This document shows, piece after piece, positions 60,546 through 64,000 of a DNA stretch of 64,000 nt. Source of the stretch: the human T2T-CHM13v2.0 reference genome, Homo sapiens; NCBI RefSeq assembly GCF_009914755.1, contig NC_060937.1; one strand, given 5' to 3'. Every line of letters starts with the position of its first letter. The first letter of the stretch is position 1. The notes below the pieces were generated by a model. The model did no database searches, was not told where the DNA came from, and was given only the letters and a program-made list of their open reading frames with translations. The position numbers and the translations under genes were made by a program.

Positions 60546-61044
60546 CTGTTGACAAATTCATTGGTTTAGTTCAAATGAACTAAGAACAGTTAGATAAAGA
60601 CTATAATCTTTATAAAAATAAATAGAAAATAACATTTCTTCGTATTTTATATTTTGAGGGTTTAAATGAAGCTTAATGTTTACTGAAATATTTACTTCTT
60701 TAAGAAATACTTCTAATTATCCAAAACTTCAACAAACCATTTGGGGAGACACTAGATATCACCAGGTTCAAGCCATACAAAATCTCAGGGTCACTCACAA
60801 ATTGTTCCACCCAACATAAATCAACAAAACTGTTGGAAACAAAACAAAATTTTGAAATACAGTCAAAATATACAATGTACATAACAGTATCTTTTTAACA
60901 AGACACTAATTGAGTTGGCAGTTACTAATTTGCAAAATTATTGTTTATATCTTAATTAGTGTGCACACCATTTTTTACATCGCAAATGTTTTCCCCCTGC
61001 TATTCTGAAAAATTTATTTTCATCTTTTAAGACTCAGAAAGTAG

Positions 61045-61342
61045 GCTGGACATAATAGCTCACATCTGTAATCCCAGCACTTTGGAAGGCCAAAATAGGA
61101 GAATTACTCGAGGCCAAGACTGTAAGACCAGCCTGGAAACCATAGATAACCTTGACTCTACAAAAAATTAGGCAGGTATGGTGATATGTGCCTGTAGTCC
61201 CAGCCACTCAAGAAGTTCAGGTGAGAAGATCCCTCGAGCCCAGGAGTTTGAGGTTGCAGTGAGTTTCAATCACGCCATTGCACTCCACCCTGGGTGATAG
61301 AGTAAGAACTTGTCTCCAACAACAGAAAAAGAGAAAAAAAAA
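61045..61342 (+). mobile_element. Old Alu (J-like)
   Basis: Diverged dimeric Alu. Confidence 0.88.
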
Positions 61343-61885
61343 GGCTCAGAATGCTGTGTGAAGTCTTCCTTGATTCTAGCTATCTTTCTCCACACACACA
61401 GGTGTCTGTTTCATTGCGGTCCCTTAGTACTTTGTCAATTTTTCTAGTGTCACTTTACCACCTGAACTGCACATCATGTCTTTACATGTCAATCCCCTTT
61501 GCTGCTAGACTGTAGAGGACAATCTTTTGAATCATCTTTGTATAAACAGTCTTAATTTTGCTAAATAATTACTTATTGAGTTCCTGCTAAGTGTTAGGCA
61601 CTGGGGTATAAGGAAGGAACATAAAAGCTGTCAGGGATGGCTTTCCTAAAGATCATGCATGAGCTGAGAATTAGAGAGTGAGGTTCGCCAGATTAAGTGA
61701 GGCAGAGGGCAGGAAAGGGTTAGCACATGCCAGGCAGCAACAAGAGAGGGAGAGAAGCCTCCAAGAGAGTATGTATTTCTCTGCAAAAGAGGAATGGTGA
61801 GGGGGCCATTACCAGCAGCTGAGTAATTCCAGAGAAAAAGGCAGATGGGGAAAGGGCTACGGATAGAGATTTGGGCAGAAATCAG

Positions 61886-62284
<399 letters not shown>

Positions 62285-62614
62285 TAACTCTAAATACTGT
62301 GAGGAGCATAAAATTCTGAGGCATATAAATAAATGAACAAAGATAAAATATGGCAATGTTGCAAAGATGATGCAGGCCTGAGGAGATGTTTTCAGAAATG
62401 ATTAGGATACAAGTATCAGTGGCCATTATAAGAATGAATTTTTATTGAATGAATAAATGTATATATCCAGGTCCCTGGAGAAATACCCTCTGCTCATTAC
62501 TTTACAAATTTTATCAAATGAGAAGTAAGATAATATACATAAACTGTTTCAGTTACTTGTATTTACTTTACACTTTTTCTGTTTCAGTTTTACTGTGCCA
62601 AGGAAATGCATTTG

Positions 62615-62939
<325 letters not shown>

Positions 62940-64000
62940 ACATATGGGGATTTTGTTTTAAAAGTTCTGTTTCCTGGATCTACCAAGCTCATGAGAAAAT
63001 AGAAGCAAACAAGTCATCTGCATAAGTAACAAACTTTGGATTTATAGCTTGTCATCACTACTCTAGAAGATTATCATCATGTTTTATAAAACAAAATGTT
63101 AATTCTAGACATAAGGGGAAAAAGAAATTAAAACTATAGGGGTGGGGGAAAATATTGCATAATTTATTACTGTTGACCTGATCATATGACTGATTAAGGG
63201 CACTGAATTTAACTTGTATGTGAAGTAGACCCCACATTAGCTGCAGTTAATCAGTAGACCAGGTGTTCTAGCAGAATTAAATTTGATGCTCCTGTGTTAT
63301 CTTTAAATGACACAGCTCTTCTGAAAACCGTACTCCTAGTGTATGATTATCCATTAAGACAAGGTGATGGAATGTGTGAATACAGCTGAGGAGACACCAC
63401 AAGGCAAATGCTCAATGGTTCCCATTAATATTGGGAAAATCAACACTATAAAACAGAAAGCCATAGGCATTATTTAATATTTGGTTTGGGAAGGTATTTT
63501 TAGTGACACTGCATACAGTTGTACTGAATAATTGCAAAATTAGAGATATAAAAATAAAACAAAGGCACATTGTGTTTGAGTAGGGAATCTGTAGATGTCT
63601 AGCTGGTTTTCCCATCCAGTCCCAAAATTCTAAATATAATCATGGTACCCACACTCAAATTTATGTTAAATAACAACCTCAATGAAATCACTCTTTCTCC
63701 TCATTCTCTTTATTTATATGTTGCTTTCCTTAAGGGAAGAATACAAATGCCTTGCTAAGAACCATTCTGTTTGGTTGTAGCCTGCATAAGGGGAGTAAAC
63801 ACAAAGTACCTTTGATCACAAAATGACTTTTTAAAAGTCAGAACTATGGTAGCATGAAGCCAACCGAGGTAATCTAGAATAAAATTTTCTATGCTTCTTT
63901 CCCTTCTTTGCTCTCTTTCTACTCTAATAACTGCGATTCATGCAGGCAATGAAGAGTATAATTCCCTGATAGAAACACAGCTCCAAAATTAATCCTTTCT

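Overview
Primate (human or great-ape) nuclear DNA typical of a pericentromeric segmental duplication. It contains no intact protein-coding gene and no RNA gene or CRISPR array. (1) 1-21.6 kb is a macrosatellite-like tandem array of ~3.1-3.6 kb units built from a rearranged MaLR (MST/THE1-type) LTR retroelement. The units carry fixed internal inversions, one has a solo ERV1-type LTR insertion, and homogenisation is patchy. (2) 21.9-23.5 kb is a processed SNX18 pseudogene with short inverted duplications, followed by a degenerate ~16-bp minisatellite. (3) 26.7-60.5 kb is the 3' two-thirds of a minus-strand ANKRD20A/ANKRD18-family unprocessed pseudogene, with 12 recognisable GT-AG exons, a fossil CCDC144-like exon, several frameshifts and a stop, amid Alu, L1 and LTR debris. 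(4) Its largest coding exon is split by a ~2.5-kb L1-mobilised chimera: the spliced RHOT1 (MIRO1) 5'UTR and first coding exons joined to an old SVA, with a 15-bp target-site duplication. The RHOT1-SVA exon-trap is the most striking element but, from memory, is already described. The inversion-rich MaLR macrosatellite is the best candidate for something under-described. Family assignments come from recalled sequences, not database searches.
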